A DNA stretch of 64,000 nt from Lingula anatina (GCA_051362555.1 CM120642.1:1860001-1924000), one strand, 5' to 3'. Shown: positions 36,901 through 49,900, numbered from the stretch's first letter. Notes: a model not told the origin generated them from the sequence alone. Made by a program: numbers and translations.

Positions 36901-38149
36901 GATAGAAGGTTAAATGGATGTCTTGTTCCAAATCTACTTATATTTGATAAGTATGTATTGTTTTCAGATAGTATGGTTTCACGAGGAGAGAGGCTGGAAC
37001 TGCTTGTAGATAAAACAGAGGACTTAAGTTCCCATGTAAGTATGGTATTACAAGGAAAGAGGTTGGTATTGCTTGTAGATAAAACAGAGCATTTAGGTCC
37101 CCATGTAAGTATGGTATTACAAGGAAAGAGGCTGGAACTGCTTGTAGATAAAACAGAGGACGTAAGTTCCCATGTAAGTATGGTATTACAAGGAAAGAGG
37201 TTGGAATTGCTTGTAGATAAAACAGAGGACTTCAGTTTCCATGTAAGTATGGTATTACAAGGAGAAAGGTTGGAATTGCTTGTAGATAAAACGGAGGACT
37301 TTAGTTTCTATGTAAGGTAATTGCACCAACTTCAACTTAGGTTGCTAGTATTACAGATATTTAATGTATGGTATTCGGAAGAAAGAATTAAACTTTTAAT
37401 TATTTGAAAAGTTCTTGGCAAAAGGAGAGCTGTTAGGTATCCCTTTTGTGTGTATCGGGTGAATGAGAATGGGTTTGGTGTGAAATTCACAGTACACCTT
37501 TACCACATCATAAAGAAACTGTTGAAGAGGGTAATTCAAACAACTTAACACAGTTACTCTACAATAGATTTTTTCTGAATGTCATTTGATTAAGATTAAG
37601 ATTTGTAAAAAAAAAAAGCTTAAACAAAAAGTTTAAAAGAGGGTAACTTTGCTAGTTTTTTAATCTTTTGTTTTTACTTCCAGTCTGTTCAGTTTAGAAA
37701 ATCTAGTCAGAATCTTGCAAGGTCACTGTGGTGGAAGAACGTAAAGATTACAATTGTTGTTGCAGTGATAGCTATTGTAAGTTACACATTTTGCCTTAAC
37801 TTATTTTGGTAATGTTCAGTGTTTTATGTTTATGATTTTGGAATATTTTTCCACATTAATTTTTGTTAACTTGGCCAGTAACATTAAACCTCCCACAGCT
37901 ACACTCTTTTTCTGGTTATTTTGAAAGTAAGTGTTTTGTTTGCTATCAAATATTTTACCACATATAGTAACAGACGCTATCTTTAAAAATATCTTAGTTT
38001 GGAATATATTTCATGGTTTGCATCCACTTAATTGTGGATGTGTTTTTTCTTTTTTATTGACTTAATACATTATTTTTCAGATTGTTTTGTACTTGATTGT
38101 ATCATGGGCTTGCGGGGGATTGGATTGGCCTTGTACAAGGAAACAATGA
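33975..38149 (+). CDS. VAMP7: Vesicle-associated membrane protein 7 (longin R-SNARE), about 234 aa
   Basis: Exons 33975-34120, 34461-34518, 35005-35054, 35406-35493, 36325-36457, 36968-37035, 37684-37776, 38081-38149. MPLLFAVVARGNTVLAKYAGCAGNF, ALPYAMNSEFSRVL, QVDELKGIMVKNID, RGERLELLVDKTE, LWWKNVK, then a TM helix. Confidence 0.95.
35458..35952 (+). repeat. 41-bp tandem repeat (about 12 copies) spanning the VAMP7 exon 4 donor
   Basis: Unit AACAGTGAGTCTTCCAGTATTAGCTGCCCTTATGGTAAGTC. The first copy is the exon 3' end itself. Donor-like positions fall every 41 bp from 35494 to 35945. Confidence 0.95.
36967..37318 (+). repeat. 69-bp tandem repeat (5 copies) equal to the whole VAMP7 exon 6
   Basis: ORF track 36886-37320 shows five 23-aa units (..G[EK]RL[EV]LLVDKTE..). 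GT donors at 37036, 37105, 37174, 37243, 37312. Confidence 0.95.
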
Positions 38150-41100
38150 ACAATTACAGACACAAACTATTATTATATTATATAATATTGTTTCAACTGC
38201 CTCTCAGCAGGATGTGTATATTGAGAAGATATATGTTACTGTATGGGTCATAATATCACCTCATCTGTTTAAGGTTGTAAGATCTTAAAGGTCCATAAAA
38301 TATTGGTTTCATTAACTGGGTGGTGACATAATAGAGAACTGTCTCTATATTCATGTTCTCATATATCCAGGATTTCTATTTGAATACCCTTGTAATATTA
38401 TAATTACATTTGATGGCATTTATTCAAATGATGAACCATATTACAAAGTCCCAGAGTACATGGGTGGATTACTTCTTAAATGTGTTCAATTTGTTATATA
38501 CAGTATATATACAGTATATAATATTCTGATATGAGTCTGGAATAGGAGTCAGCTTAGATTAAGACAGTTTTCACATTCCACCTATACTGCCTGTTTGTTA
38601 CATGAAAAAGTTGAGTAAAAAATCCACAGCCGTTTTTCTGGTGTTAAAGGCATGACATGACAAAATGGAGCAGTGTTGGTGCAGTTCTGGTGAGCCTGTG
38701 ATGTCATCATAGAGTGGTGCTCTAAGTAGTCCTACTAAGTTTTACAGTAATAATCTAGCAGACAATAAATGTGCCAAGAGACATGTACACCTGGAGGAAT
38801 GTGAACTTAAATTTCGATCTGTAATTCTGTTACTTTTGACCCATAATTCTGTTACTTTTGATCTGCAGTTTTGTTATTTTTTATCTGTAAATCCATACCT
38901 GATATGTTTGCTGTTCACAGGGAGCCAGTACACCACCGGTACACTAATTTCAGATTGGTTGAGAAATCCTATTTAGTTTGTTATTATTATTGTTTGTTCA
39001 ATACTGCGTCTTTTATCCTTTCTTCATAGAGAATATAGGTAATTTGAAAAGTAGTTGGTTCTGTTATTTTCTTACTAATATGTCAAGATCTCATATTGAT
39101 ATAGTTCTCTTTGGCGAGGCACGTATGTTAAAAGAGTAATTAAATCACGAATATTGCTAAATATGGAAAATAACTCTTCATTGACTCCTGTACCAGAGGA
39201 TGTGCTCGTTTGGTGTAAGGTGTACGACAGACGGTGTAATGAGTCCTTGGTTTCTTTTACGTAAAACCGTTATTTGTAATCCACCATTCGTTTTATCTTT
39301 TTGTTACCATTTTGTATTGATTTCACTTCTGAAGAGAATAATTTACAATGGTTCAAAACAAATGCTCGTATGTCTTTATTTCAAGCTTATTATATGTAGA
39401 TATTCTGTAGCATGTCTTTTTACAAAATTTAACCGCACAAGTGCGGTAGGTAAGTACTTGCAAAGATCGAAGTGGTGACTAGTTTAAATGATGTATCTAT
39501 GAATAATGTTCTTTAGAAGCGAAAAATAAAGGACAGCGATGCAATCCTGCTGTAAAGCCAATACTGAAGCGTGAAATACTCACAAGACTCGCTCAAAATT
39601 GTAGGGTTTTGTGTATAGAACAAGGTAAAAGTGCCCTTTAATTAAGTAGCACAAAGTGTGGTACGGTTGCACAGCATGTGTGTGCAAAACTCTGAAAAAT
39701 GGCATTCACATAGCGCCAGAGGTAGTATTATCTGCTATTGAAATGTTGAAAACAACTTGTAAAAATGTTAATTTATTATGTGTTTTTAATTGACTGGACT
39801 CGAAACGAAGTGTGAGTGAAATTTTTGAATTCGGGCCTGCAAACCAAGGCCTTGGGAGTAAAAGCCACCGTACACCACCAGAGCCAGTAGTTTGAACTGG
39901 ACTGGCCCTTTCTAAAGAGACGAGGTTTTTAAGCGAGGCGTGTGAAAGTTGCGGCTGCGCATAAAACAAAAAATGAAAATGAATATATTTAAGAATGTCA
40001 TGTTGCTTATTACTTCATTTCTAAAGAAATCGCTTGTCAGTCAAGAACGTAACGTTCTTCGTTTTGTTCAATAAATCTTTTGTTGCAGGGCATTATCTCG
40101 TTCATTTTATCTGTTAAAAAAAAAACGCATTCTTCCTTTTTGTGCCAAGAACTCAAAATGCATTCACGAAGCTTAATTAAGTATTTGAAGCACCACTTTT
40201 GCGATTTGCAAACACAACCCAGTTTCAATTCTTAATTTCATTTGCAGTTTGATCGCATTTCATAAACTAAACTGAAGTTTTCTATGCATTATGAAACCAT
40301 TTACCTAGGCGCTCAATGTTAGTTTCAATTGCATAGGGGGAGATATGCAGTGATGTTAGGGAATTGGTGTTCATACACACAAGTGAAGAGATTATTTGGA
40401 AAATTGACACTTTAAAAAGTCATTTTACGCGACGTTGACACGGAGGAAAATCCAACCGTTTCTGCAATGTTTCATTGTGTCAGGATGATCCCAAGACGGT
40501 TTACGATTGTTGTTATTAAATCTATAGTGACGTGAGATTTTGGGGAAAAAAAGGCAGTTACATGTTCTAAGGCCAAGACTTACAAAAATGACGTTAAATA
40601 CTTGTAACTTCACAGTGCAATATTCCTACGTACCTTAGCGGTCTATAGATAGATATCAACTGGAACAATTTTTTTCACCCAGTTTTACAAGGTTGGTTTG
40701 AACAAGAATATTTTGAAAATATTACCACGTTCCTCGCATAATTTGGACTCGATTTTCAACAACAACCTGACTTGACTTCCTTTTTATCGTAATGTGTCAC
40801 ACTGGGTTGAGGTGGTCTTAGTGACAGCCATAACGCCTGGAACCTATTACACAGATTGGATGGGACCGCATGTGTCAAATACTGTTTAATAACAAGGGGA
40901 GACGCTTACTTAAGCTCTCTGGAGTTTTCTGGGACTCAAGGTGCCATTCAGTTAAACTGAACAACAATATTTTGATTGTAACGAGTTTGACATTACACAA
41001 CAATGATGCAATATCAACAAACCTGCACTTGTTACCTTTCCAGGCACAATTTACATATTGTCACCGCGTCACCCTATAACCTTGGATTTGTAAGCTGATA

Positions 41101-42056
41101 CATCTAGCTAAACTAGGGCTAACCAAACCGGATTTTTAACTGAGAGCTTTGTCAAACTGTTACACATCTCGCTCATTTTATTCCATTGTCTTCTTGAAAC
41201 ATTGCGTAAAATACTTAGGCTCACTTCCCTTGGTCCTTACACCTGATATAGGCTATGCAGTGTTTGAGGTAAGGAGACGTGACGCAACGTAACGAACCAT
41301 TATCTTGGCGCGTCGTGACGTAATTCGACAAGACGTTTTTTATTCACTCTATCTATAACCTTTACCTCCAAATTCATCAATCCATCTTATCGATTAGTAT
41401 ATAGGCTTAGTCTAAATGTCTTTTCTCCCGTCTCGTCCTAACCTTCTCAAACATTAATCATAAACGTCTACTCAATTATATCTCAGAGTGAGTAAGTTTG
41501 TGCGATATAGAGCACTATAAAAAAGCAAAATATTAGTAGGTGTGGGTAAACCTGGCTGACTAGATTGGCAAGCCAAAAAGCCGTCTTGGGTCATTAATTG
41601 TTAACGTAGGGTTGTGTTACATTGCAATAACTGGGGTTTTTCAACTCAAATGAACAGAAGGATTCCTGATATTTACGCTTTGTACAAGTTAAACGTGAGA
41701 ACTGTGTTCTTTGGGGAAACCTTACTGGCATTATGTGCACCTCGTGAAAAGCTGTAACTGGTATTGATTAATCACATTATTCAAACTTAAGAAGCAGTGG
41801 CCGTGTGCTCCGAGGTGAGATTTATCACGTTCACTTCTTCGTGTACCGACTGGCTAGTGCAAATGAGGATAATGAGCCTATACATACATTTTTGAATATA
41901 GGGTAAAGAAAGAGCTTCGATAAGAGACTGGGTCAATTAATGTTACTGCCCGTTCTTTTCATTATCTATATCTGAATTGTTCTGTTTTTTTTAAATAAGA
42001 ACTGTTGATGAGGTATATTGCTGTATGCACATCACGAAAGTAATTTTAAGTTATAG

Positions 42057-42059
<3 letters not shown>

Positions 42060-42128
<69 letters not shown>
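42060..42128. repeat. (AT)n microsatellite
   Basis: Directly visible. Confidence 0.95.
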
Positions 42129-42134
<6 letters not shown>

Positions 42135-42947
42135 TTTGGGAGTAGTTTATTTAATTGTCTCTAACCAAAAAAGAAACTAGAAATATACAGTAGTTGGGAT
42201 TTTGTGATTTTTTTCTATATGTTACAGACCTGTATCATTTTTCATTAATTACCTACTGAATTAAAACAGAGGACGCATTCCTTGTATTAAGCGTACGCTG
42301 TGCATTCAGTAGCTTGCATTGCTGGTATTAAAACTAAATCTACAACTAGTCAACCGTGACACGTCAAACTTTACCTCATTGCATAAAACAACTCTTATCA
42401 GGCGTCAAGTCCTGCACCACTTATATGTAATATGCAAACATACATAGGTTACATGTAATTATGAGATAACGATACAGAGAGAGGGGGGGAGATTAAACAA
42501 GTACATGGTTAATAAAAGGCAAACCACGAATTTTACGAACGCGCATTCCCCCCCCTACCTTCATCGACACGGCTTCGCGCTTACTCCCGAATTCAAAGAT
42601 TATTTAAACAAAACGTGCTTGAAATATTTGAACATCTCAAATTGCGCTACTACCTTTTACGCCGCACCAGATTTTGGGGTTGGTCTGAAAATGGATGGGA
42701 GGCGTGACGTAGAGAGATTAAAAACCACCTCGTCACCTTTTGCGGTGGGGTGCATACTAACTGTGCCACAGCAGACAGTCGAGCACATGTCTTTCAGGTA
42801 CAAGGTCGATTGGAGGCTGTGGGACTCTTTTTCATTTGAAAGTAAGTCTCAGCTAGCTAGTCTGTATACTTAGGCCCACTTCCTTGGTGGCAGAGCAAGC
42901 AGGTAAAAATTATTTTCGATTAATGTACAAATGCATGTTCGCCGATA

Positions 42948-42948
42948 T

Positions 42949-42979
<31 letters not shown>

Positions 42980-42987
42980 GGAGAGAG
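42948..42987. repeat. (GA)n microsatellite
   Basis: Directly visible. Confidence 0.9.
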
Positions 42988-43962
42988 GTAGAGTGCTGTT
43001 TCTGTGACAGAAGTACAATATTGCCGAAAGCCAGTTAGGTGTCTGTACATAACAATGTGATAGTGCCGTCTGCCCACGCGTGCAAGATCTTATAATCGTA
43101 ATCTACTTTTTAATGATTGCACTGCGACTTAGTACGATAATAACGCAATCGCCTGAAAATGTTATAAGTCTTAATGTACTGAATCTTAGTTGCCATATAA
43201 ACGGAAGCTATAAATCACAGGAGTGTAATCACGTGTAAAATGCACTCCTGTAATTAGTCACCTTTAGGCGGAGCGTCTGACAGTAACACCATCTGATGCA
43301 TACTGTTTAGCACAGCATACCTAGACCGCCGTTAAATACATATACGACCAATATGTATATAAATACATACCACCCACAGTAAATAGTTACAGATAACAAA
43401 ACAGTAGTAGTAGTTTAAATTTTAACTTCAGATTATTTCGCCCCCGCGCTTTTCACCCACTTGAATTTTTCCTGACTGAGTGAGCAAGTATCTCTAATAC
43501 AGCGTGTGATTAAGAGCAATCAGACGCAGATCGCCGTTTAACACATTTCTTATCTTCCTCCGCCTAAAGTAATACATATTCCTATTTGAACATACTTTCA
43601 CGAGGCTAACGCATTATAACATTTTACTTTGCATCTGTTATAGAGGCCCCAGTGAACAGCTGAACCAGTCCAAGATATAGGTTAGTGTTTGGAAGGCCTA
43701 GATGCAGTGGTAATATTGATTGTTTGGTCTGCCTTATTGGTGTTTGTTTTTGGTAAGTGCGTGCTGATCACGATTTGCACTTCTGTTCGTGATGTACTGT
43801 ATGAGACACGCAGGTGCTCCCCTTACCTGAGGACAACACGCTGACATAGCCAGTATATATCGGGCGATGAGGGTGAAGGGTGGCAGGGAGGACCCCGAGG
43901 TTCAAAGGACACGACAATCTTACCTCTCCACTCCCAGTGCGTGACTCTGTTGTTTCCAGCAT

Positions 43963-44275
43963 CCTTGTAGCTCAGGGTGCTAGCAGGGAGGGGGGGGGGG
44001 GTGAAGGGGGGCGTAGGGATAGAAAAAAAGAGAGCGTCTCGCTTAGTTCGACATAAATTGAGACAGGAGTTATGTGAGCTTAAGTGGAGCTCATGTCCGA
44101 CCCCACGAAGATAGATCTTTGTGAGAGGCAGGGGTTTTCCCCCGGTATCCCGTTCTGAATATTATTCTTTAGCTCTGGGGGTTGCAGCGAAGATGCGCAG
44201 GTGCTGGGAAAGGTCATCCGTTAGATTTCTTTCATTATTGATGATCCATATAGCTGTTATAAATAGGCTTTATTC
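43963..44275 (+). mobile_element. Possible degenerate tRNA-derived SINE
   Basis: A-box-like GTAGCTCAG...AGAGCGTCTCGC interrupted by G/A runs, and GGGGTTTTCCCCGGTATCCCGTT resembling the central domain of V/Meta-type SINEs. No clear B box or TSD. Confidence 0.35.
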
Positions 44276-44383
44276 GCCTCCTGTCTGAGGATGGCACTTT
44301 GCAAACTTGTTACCGGTGTTTACCTCTTTATTTTTCCAGGGTTTCAGTCCTGATCTCACATCTCATAGAGTGCGTGGTGAGGA

Positions 44384-45601
44384 ATGAAAACATTTGTATC
44401 ATTTCGAGTTTGCTTCTGGATATTGGGGACGTGGGTCGTGGTCTCAGTGATTTTGATTGCCTGGTCTTTAACAGAATTCACGAAATATAGCACCAACTCA
44501 GAACTACAAGATCAAGGACGCCTGCAGCATGGGGAAGTAGATGAAACGCCGGATCCTAACAAAAACTACAAGAAAATTATATTGCTATGGGGAGAAACGT
44601 TTAAAAAGGCAATGCAACTCGCTAATTTGCAAAATGGAGACTTTTTAGACAATTTCAAGTGCAAGAGCACATCATGCGAATTTACTACAGACAAGTCTGT
44701 TTTAGAGAATGCAAATGCTGTGATATTTGACGGGAATAATTTGCCAGAGTCACCCCCCGCGAAGAAGAAGCATCATGTATGGATTTTTTATTCAAATGAA
44801 CCGCCAAAGAGAAACGCGAGGGACAATCTTAAGAACTGGCGTAATGCCTTTAATTTGACGATGACGTATAAGAGAGACTCCAATATACGATTCCGTTTAG
44901 GAAACTTTACCAGAAGGCGCCAAAGTTTAAGTAAGAAGTATAATTCATGTGGGAGTAAGAAGAGGTCTGTTGCCTGGATTAACGACGACTGCGTCACACA
45001 AAGCAAACGCGAAGAATACGTGAAGCAGCTGCAGAAGCACATTAAAGTTGATATTTTTGGTAAATGTGGCGATTATCTCAATTGTTCTTTATCCCATGGG
45101 AGGCAGCAAAAGAATGGACAACACATCGATTTTTCCAACGATGACCGCGAGCGAACACAAACTTGTATGCAGCACATAGAGCAACACTACAGATTCTATC
45201 TGTCATTCGAAGAACAACTATGTCAGGATTACGTAGCCCCTGAACTTTTTGAAACGCTTCAACAGGATGTCATACCAGTCATCCGCAGCGGTGCCAATCT
45301 GAACGCCCTGGACGCGCCGTATTCCTTTATCAATACAAAGGATTTCAAAACACCTGCCCGTTTGGCGAAATATTTAAACTTTCTGGATAAAAATCCAAGG
45401 AAATGTGATCAATATTTTGAGTGGAAGAACAAGTACATTGCCACGGCGAACAGGGCCATGTTTAGTGGCGCCCACTGGTGTGAACTGTGCGCCAAACTCA
45501 ACCAGGCTCATGGCAGACGAACGTTTCACACCACTTTGGAGAACTGGTGGGCACACAACACGAACTGCAGAGATCCCGACGATCTCTACGTGTTGATATA
45601 G
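44384..45601 (+). CDS. Alpha-1,3-fucosyltransferase-like (GT10) type II membrane protein, 405 aa, with degenerate donor-binding motif
   Basis: Single coding exon after an acceptor at about 44339. N-terminal TM helix, CEFTTDKSVLENANAVIF, WIFYSNEPP, FNLTMTYKRDS, VDIFGKCG, YRFYLSFE..C.DYV, YFEWK, WCELCAKL. Confidence 0.9.
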   Translation: MKTFVSFRVCFWILGTWVVVSVILIAWSLTEFTKYSTNSELQDQGRLQHGEVDETPDPNKNYKKIILLWGETFKKAMQLANLQNGDFLDNFKCKSTSCEFTTDKSVLENANAVIFDGNNLPESPPAKKKHHVWIFYSNEPPKRNARDNLKNWRNAFNLTMTYKRDSNIRFRLGNFTRRRQSLSKKYNSCGSKKRSVAWINDDCVTQSKREEYVKQLQKHIKVDIFGKCGDYLNCSLSHGRQQKNGQHIDFSNDDRERTQTCMQHIEQHYRFYLSFEEQLCQDYVAPELFETLQQDVIPVIRSGANLNALDAPYSFINTKDFKTPARLAKYLNFLDKNPRKCDQYFEWKNKYIATANRAMFSGAHWCELCAKLNQAHGRRTFHTTLENWWAHNTNCRDPDDLYVLI

Positions 45602-46367
45602 ACAAATGCGTCTTTTTTCATCTTTCTTTGTTATTGCTCATTTTGTATCTTTTATAAATGGAAGTGTGCGGTTGCAGTGCTCAGTTTGAGGATAACCACA
45701 TGGACGGTCGATCTCCTGTGCTTTACTTTTTATGTGCGCGACAACGAATAAAAATATTTAGCAAGCTTTTTAAGAATGCATTTAAAGTACAATTTCTTTT
45801 AATTAAAAAAAAAAGGAAAAAAAGCCTTCGTACCAGATTACTGGCATCGATTGCAACCGAAAGCTTCTGTCCAAGTTTCCTTCTCTGAGTTTTTATTAAC
45901 AAAGCATTCATTTAGACCTTATTGAATGATGTTATGCTTTCCGTTTTTTCTTTTGACATCAACTGGTTTTAAATCGGTTGAAATAAAGCACAATAAGCTT
46001 CGTATGCCTCTTTTACAGAAAATGCAAAAAAAGTTAAAAACCAATACATTTTTATCCTTTTTGAAGGAAACAGACGTTGCTTCGCTAACACCCCCTCCAA
46101 GAGTTCAAAACCCAAATGTCCAGGTCTAAGAAGACGGCAACAAAACATTCAGAACGAGTTCCCAATATTTCACCTCCAAATAGTTCTTTACTTTATTATC
46201 ATATAAAATGACACCACCAATCAGTGAGTCAGCAGATATGTCACTGATAGTTAAAAACCGTTCATGGTTTTTCATTTATCAACTCCACTGCCATCAAAGC
46301 TTGTGAAAAAAATACATAAATCAACAATTGAATCCCAAAGTTTAGAGTTTGCCAACGCAAAGCAGCA

Positions 46368-46882
46368 TCAAAAGAAATCGGCCATTCCTTCCTCAAGAAA
46401 CTGTTTGTATATTGCCATGAATTTGGCCACAAAAGCCTCCAAGTGAAATATGGCCTTTTGTCCCAACTGCAGTCTGTGTTCATAATAGGCGGCAACCTGT
46501 GTGACGTCCGCCTTCAGCTGACCATCGCAACTACCCACCAGTTCCTTCACCAAACCCTAAATGATAACAAAAAATATGCTGTACTATCAGGATCATACTG
46601 CAGATTTGACTGTAACTGCTAAAAATCTTATCCAAAGAATTTCTCCCACAATTCATGTGTAGATTTACGTGTGTAGGAGGTTCAATAACCACTGTAAAAA
46701 CTTTTCTGGATCCATCCCAACACTAGAATACTGGCTTTCAAAGTCTTTGGTCCTCAGGGGACAGGCACTTCACATTAAGGCCAGACAAGAGTAGTAAGTT
46801 GATTATGGAGAGTGACAATCTATTACATTTTGTTGAACTCTGATGATAGCCACACATTGCGATGCTTAAAATTACAGACCTC

Positions 46883-46924
<42 letters not shown>

Positions 46925-49900
46925 CACTTATAAAATATTATTATTACTTTTTACATGGACTAATTGCTAGTGTGACAAGGTATAACATTCATGTTTTACT
47001 CCCATAGATACCATGAAGTTTTACTCAGAGTGAAACAGCATAATTGTTTGAGTAAACTTACTTTTATAATCACATCAGGTGGAATGCAGTGGGTGAGCAG
47101 CTCATATAACCGCCCTCGTATTTCAAGTAATCTGGAAAAACAATCTATCCTAATAGCCTTGATAGTCATTGAAAAGGAAATGAATGTGCAGTTTGTTAAG
47201 TTAGAAAAAAATCATTTTGCCTGACTGGAAAAGAAACTAACCCCCCCCCCATTACAATCTTGAGTACTAGATCTTGTTAAAATATTTCTGGTTAAACCTT
47301 AAAACAACACGTACAAGCTAAACAAATATTTATTTTCAAATCTTTATTTTTGGCAATATGCTAAATTAACCTATGAATTCCAGCCTATCAATAGCACAAT
47401 TTTGATTTTTTTTTTTATTTTGAAAAACAAACAAAGAGAGAAAAAACACTTTAAAGTACACATTGCCAACATTACCTACCTCTTCGGTGTTTGCTGTTGT
47501 ACGATGAGGTTGGCCGTCTCCCGTAGGAATATCTCCCAGTCAGCCTCCACCACAGGCTGGTCAGCACTGAATGGGTACCTGAAGAAATAAAAGGAGTAGT
47601 TTATTATCAAAGGTATACTATGAGCCTTTGACAATATCCCACAGTCATGTTTTTATCTCTATATATCATGAAAACTATTCATCTTTTACACGTAAAAAAG
47701 AATCTGTTGTCCATCTTTTTTTCTGAAATGTCAAGAAGATATGACAGTCTAAATGAATCTGGATTAAATTAAAACGAAGTTATTAAATTAGAAATGGTAT
47801 AATAAAACAATGAATATTAGTTCGGGGGCAGGCTGACAAATCAATTGTGATTAGGAGAAAATTGTTTTTGTCAAAAAATTTAAGGATCCATGCAAAATTT
47901 CCATAGAGAAAACCTTTAAATAAAATCCTACTAGAAATCATCATTTGGATTTTGGGGGACCTTTGTTAGAAAGTGAGGGTTTCATCGTTTTCTGCTAACA
48001 TATGATAAACTAGCCACCTAAATACATGTATCTATGTAATAATATGAGAATTGTAATATGAGTAATAAACACAGTCAACATTTACACAGCATACGGAATG
48101 AAGTCACAGAAAATATGGCAACAGTTGAAAAAATATTGTCTTCCCTTCTACTCTATACAATGCTCAACAAACAGAAATATCAGAACTTGAAAGAGGTGTT
48201 CATATAGAATGAAAGGCTATACTAACGGAAATTGGACAACAGAATTCAACATGAGATTACTTACTGTTGTACTTTGCTGTCAGACATAGGGTGTGTACTG
48301 GGTAAATGAGACTACTTACTGTTGAACTTTGCAGGCCTCACACATTAGAAGTGCTTTCCTGAGGTTTCTATTACTCTTCTCGGCAATCTTCCTGGCTAAC
48401 TCACTGGGAAGTGTCAGGCCTTCTTTCTTACAGGTGCTCTGTAGTATCTGTACCACCTGAAATATTTACTGGCACCAGTAAATCAACTGCATAAATTCTA
48501 CATGTGACTTTATTACTGAAATTTTGATGATTATAAATTAAGCCGCATAACTTCTTATTAAAAAATTAGAAAAAGAAGAAAAATTCATATACAAGCCTTT
48601 CCTTTCATACAGGATCCGAATCAGTTTGCACCAACTGTTGAAACTTTAAAAACTCAGAATAATGCACTTGATGCAGAATCTTCTTAAATACAAGTAATGA
48701 CACACCACTATGAAAAAATATCTTTTAGAAAGTTTATTTTAAAATCTCACTTCTTCTACAGTGGGTGCTGGGACCCTGATCCCCAAGCACCTGCTCCTGA
48801 TGGCTGGAATCACTTTACTGGTGGAATTACAGCACAGGATCAGCCTACAGGTGGCCATGTACTTCTCCATAGTGCGTCTCAAGGCATGCTGGGCATCCTT
48901 GCTGAGACGGTCTACCTCAGTCAATACGACAACTGAAGTAAAAAGATATCAAAATTGTTGAATCACCTGTAAAGGTGTGCAAAATAAAACTAAATCTATT
49001 TGAAATTATTATTGTGACTACAATGAAGCCTTGACTTAGGGATCATCCACAAATCAAAGTGGAAATGGAAAGATGATTTCAAATATATCTATCCAGATTC
49101 AGTTTTAATTTGTACATGTACATATGAGTTATGTGCAATATGCATCATTCAATGAAACAAAATATCAATTTGTTATATAAAGTTCCAGTGCACCTTTGAA
49201 GTCTCTCTGAGTGGAGGTCTCCAGCTGATGGGACTGGGCCACTGTCTTGAGGAGTTCCTGGATGACAACACGGTCATTGTGTCCTACATCACTGAAATTG
49301 ATGAGTTTTATACATTGTAAAAACACTTTAAAACAATCATAATAGTTATGCAATACAAATATAATATATGAAGAAAACAAGCTCACATAAAAAATGTCTA
49401 TGCCATGGCATTTTTAAATGTATTAAATATTAAATGACACAGCAGAGATACTAGGTAAATGTTAACATTAGTATGAATTAAACCACCCTCTCAAAATCAT
49501 TGCCATACCTGGGATTCACTTCAATGTGATAATTACTGGCAACTGTGGAGATTTCTAACTTCTTCTTGGAAGGAGTGGTGAAGCTGTGGTGTTCTATCCT
49601 GAGCTTTTCCACACTAGACCCATACAGCTCCCGCAGCAGACACATGATACGCGTCTTCTTGCCCGCCCCTGAGGGGCCGTAGATTAACAGGTGGGGAAAG
49701 TCACCATCTTGAACCTAGGCAACATAAATATTATATTCTGTCATACTGTGTAGGTAAGGCTTCACTTTCAATCCTGCATCACAAAGTCTTAACCTCAGTC
49801 ATTTACAGTAAATGCTTTATTTTTCACATGAGCTGAAGTACATCATGTACATGTATATAGTATATTATACAGTATGTAATTTTGTCAATAAACCTAATAT

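Noticed and set aside
42505-42873. 122-aa ORF upstream of the fucosyltransferase
   Set aside because: No recognisable motif or splice support, in a CpG-rich putative 5' intron region.
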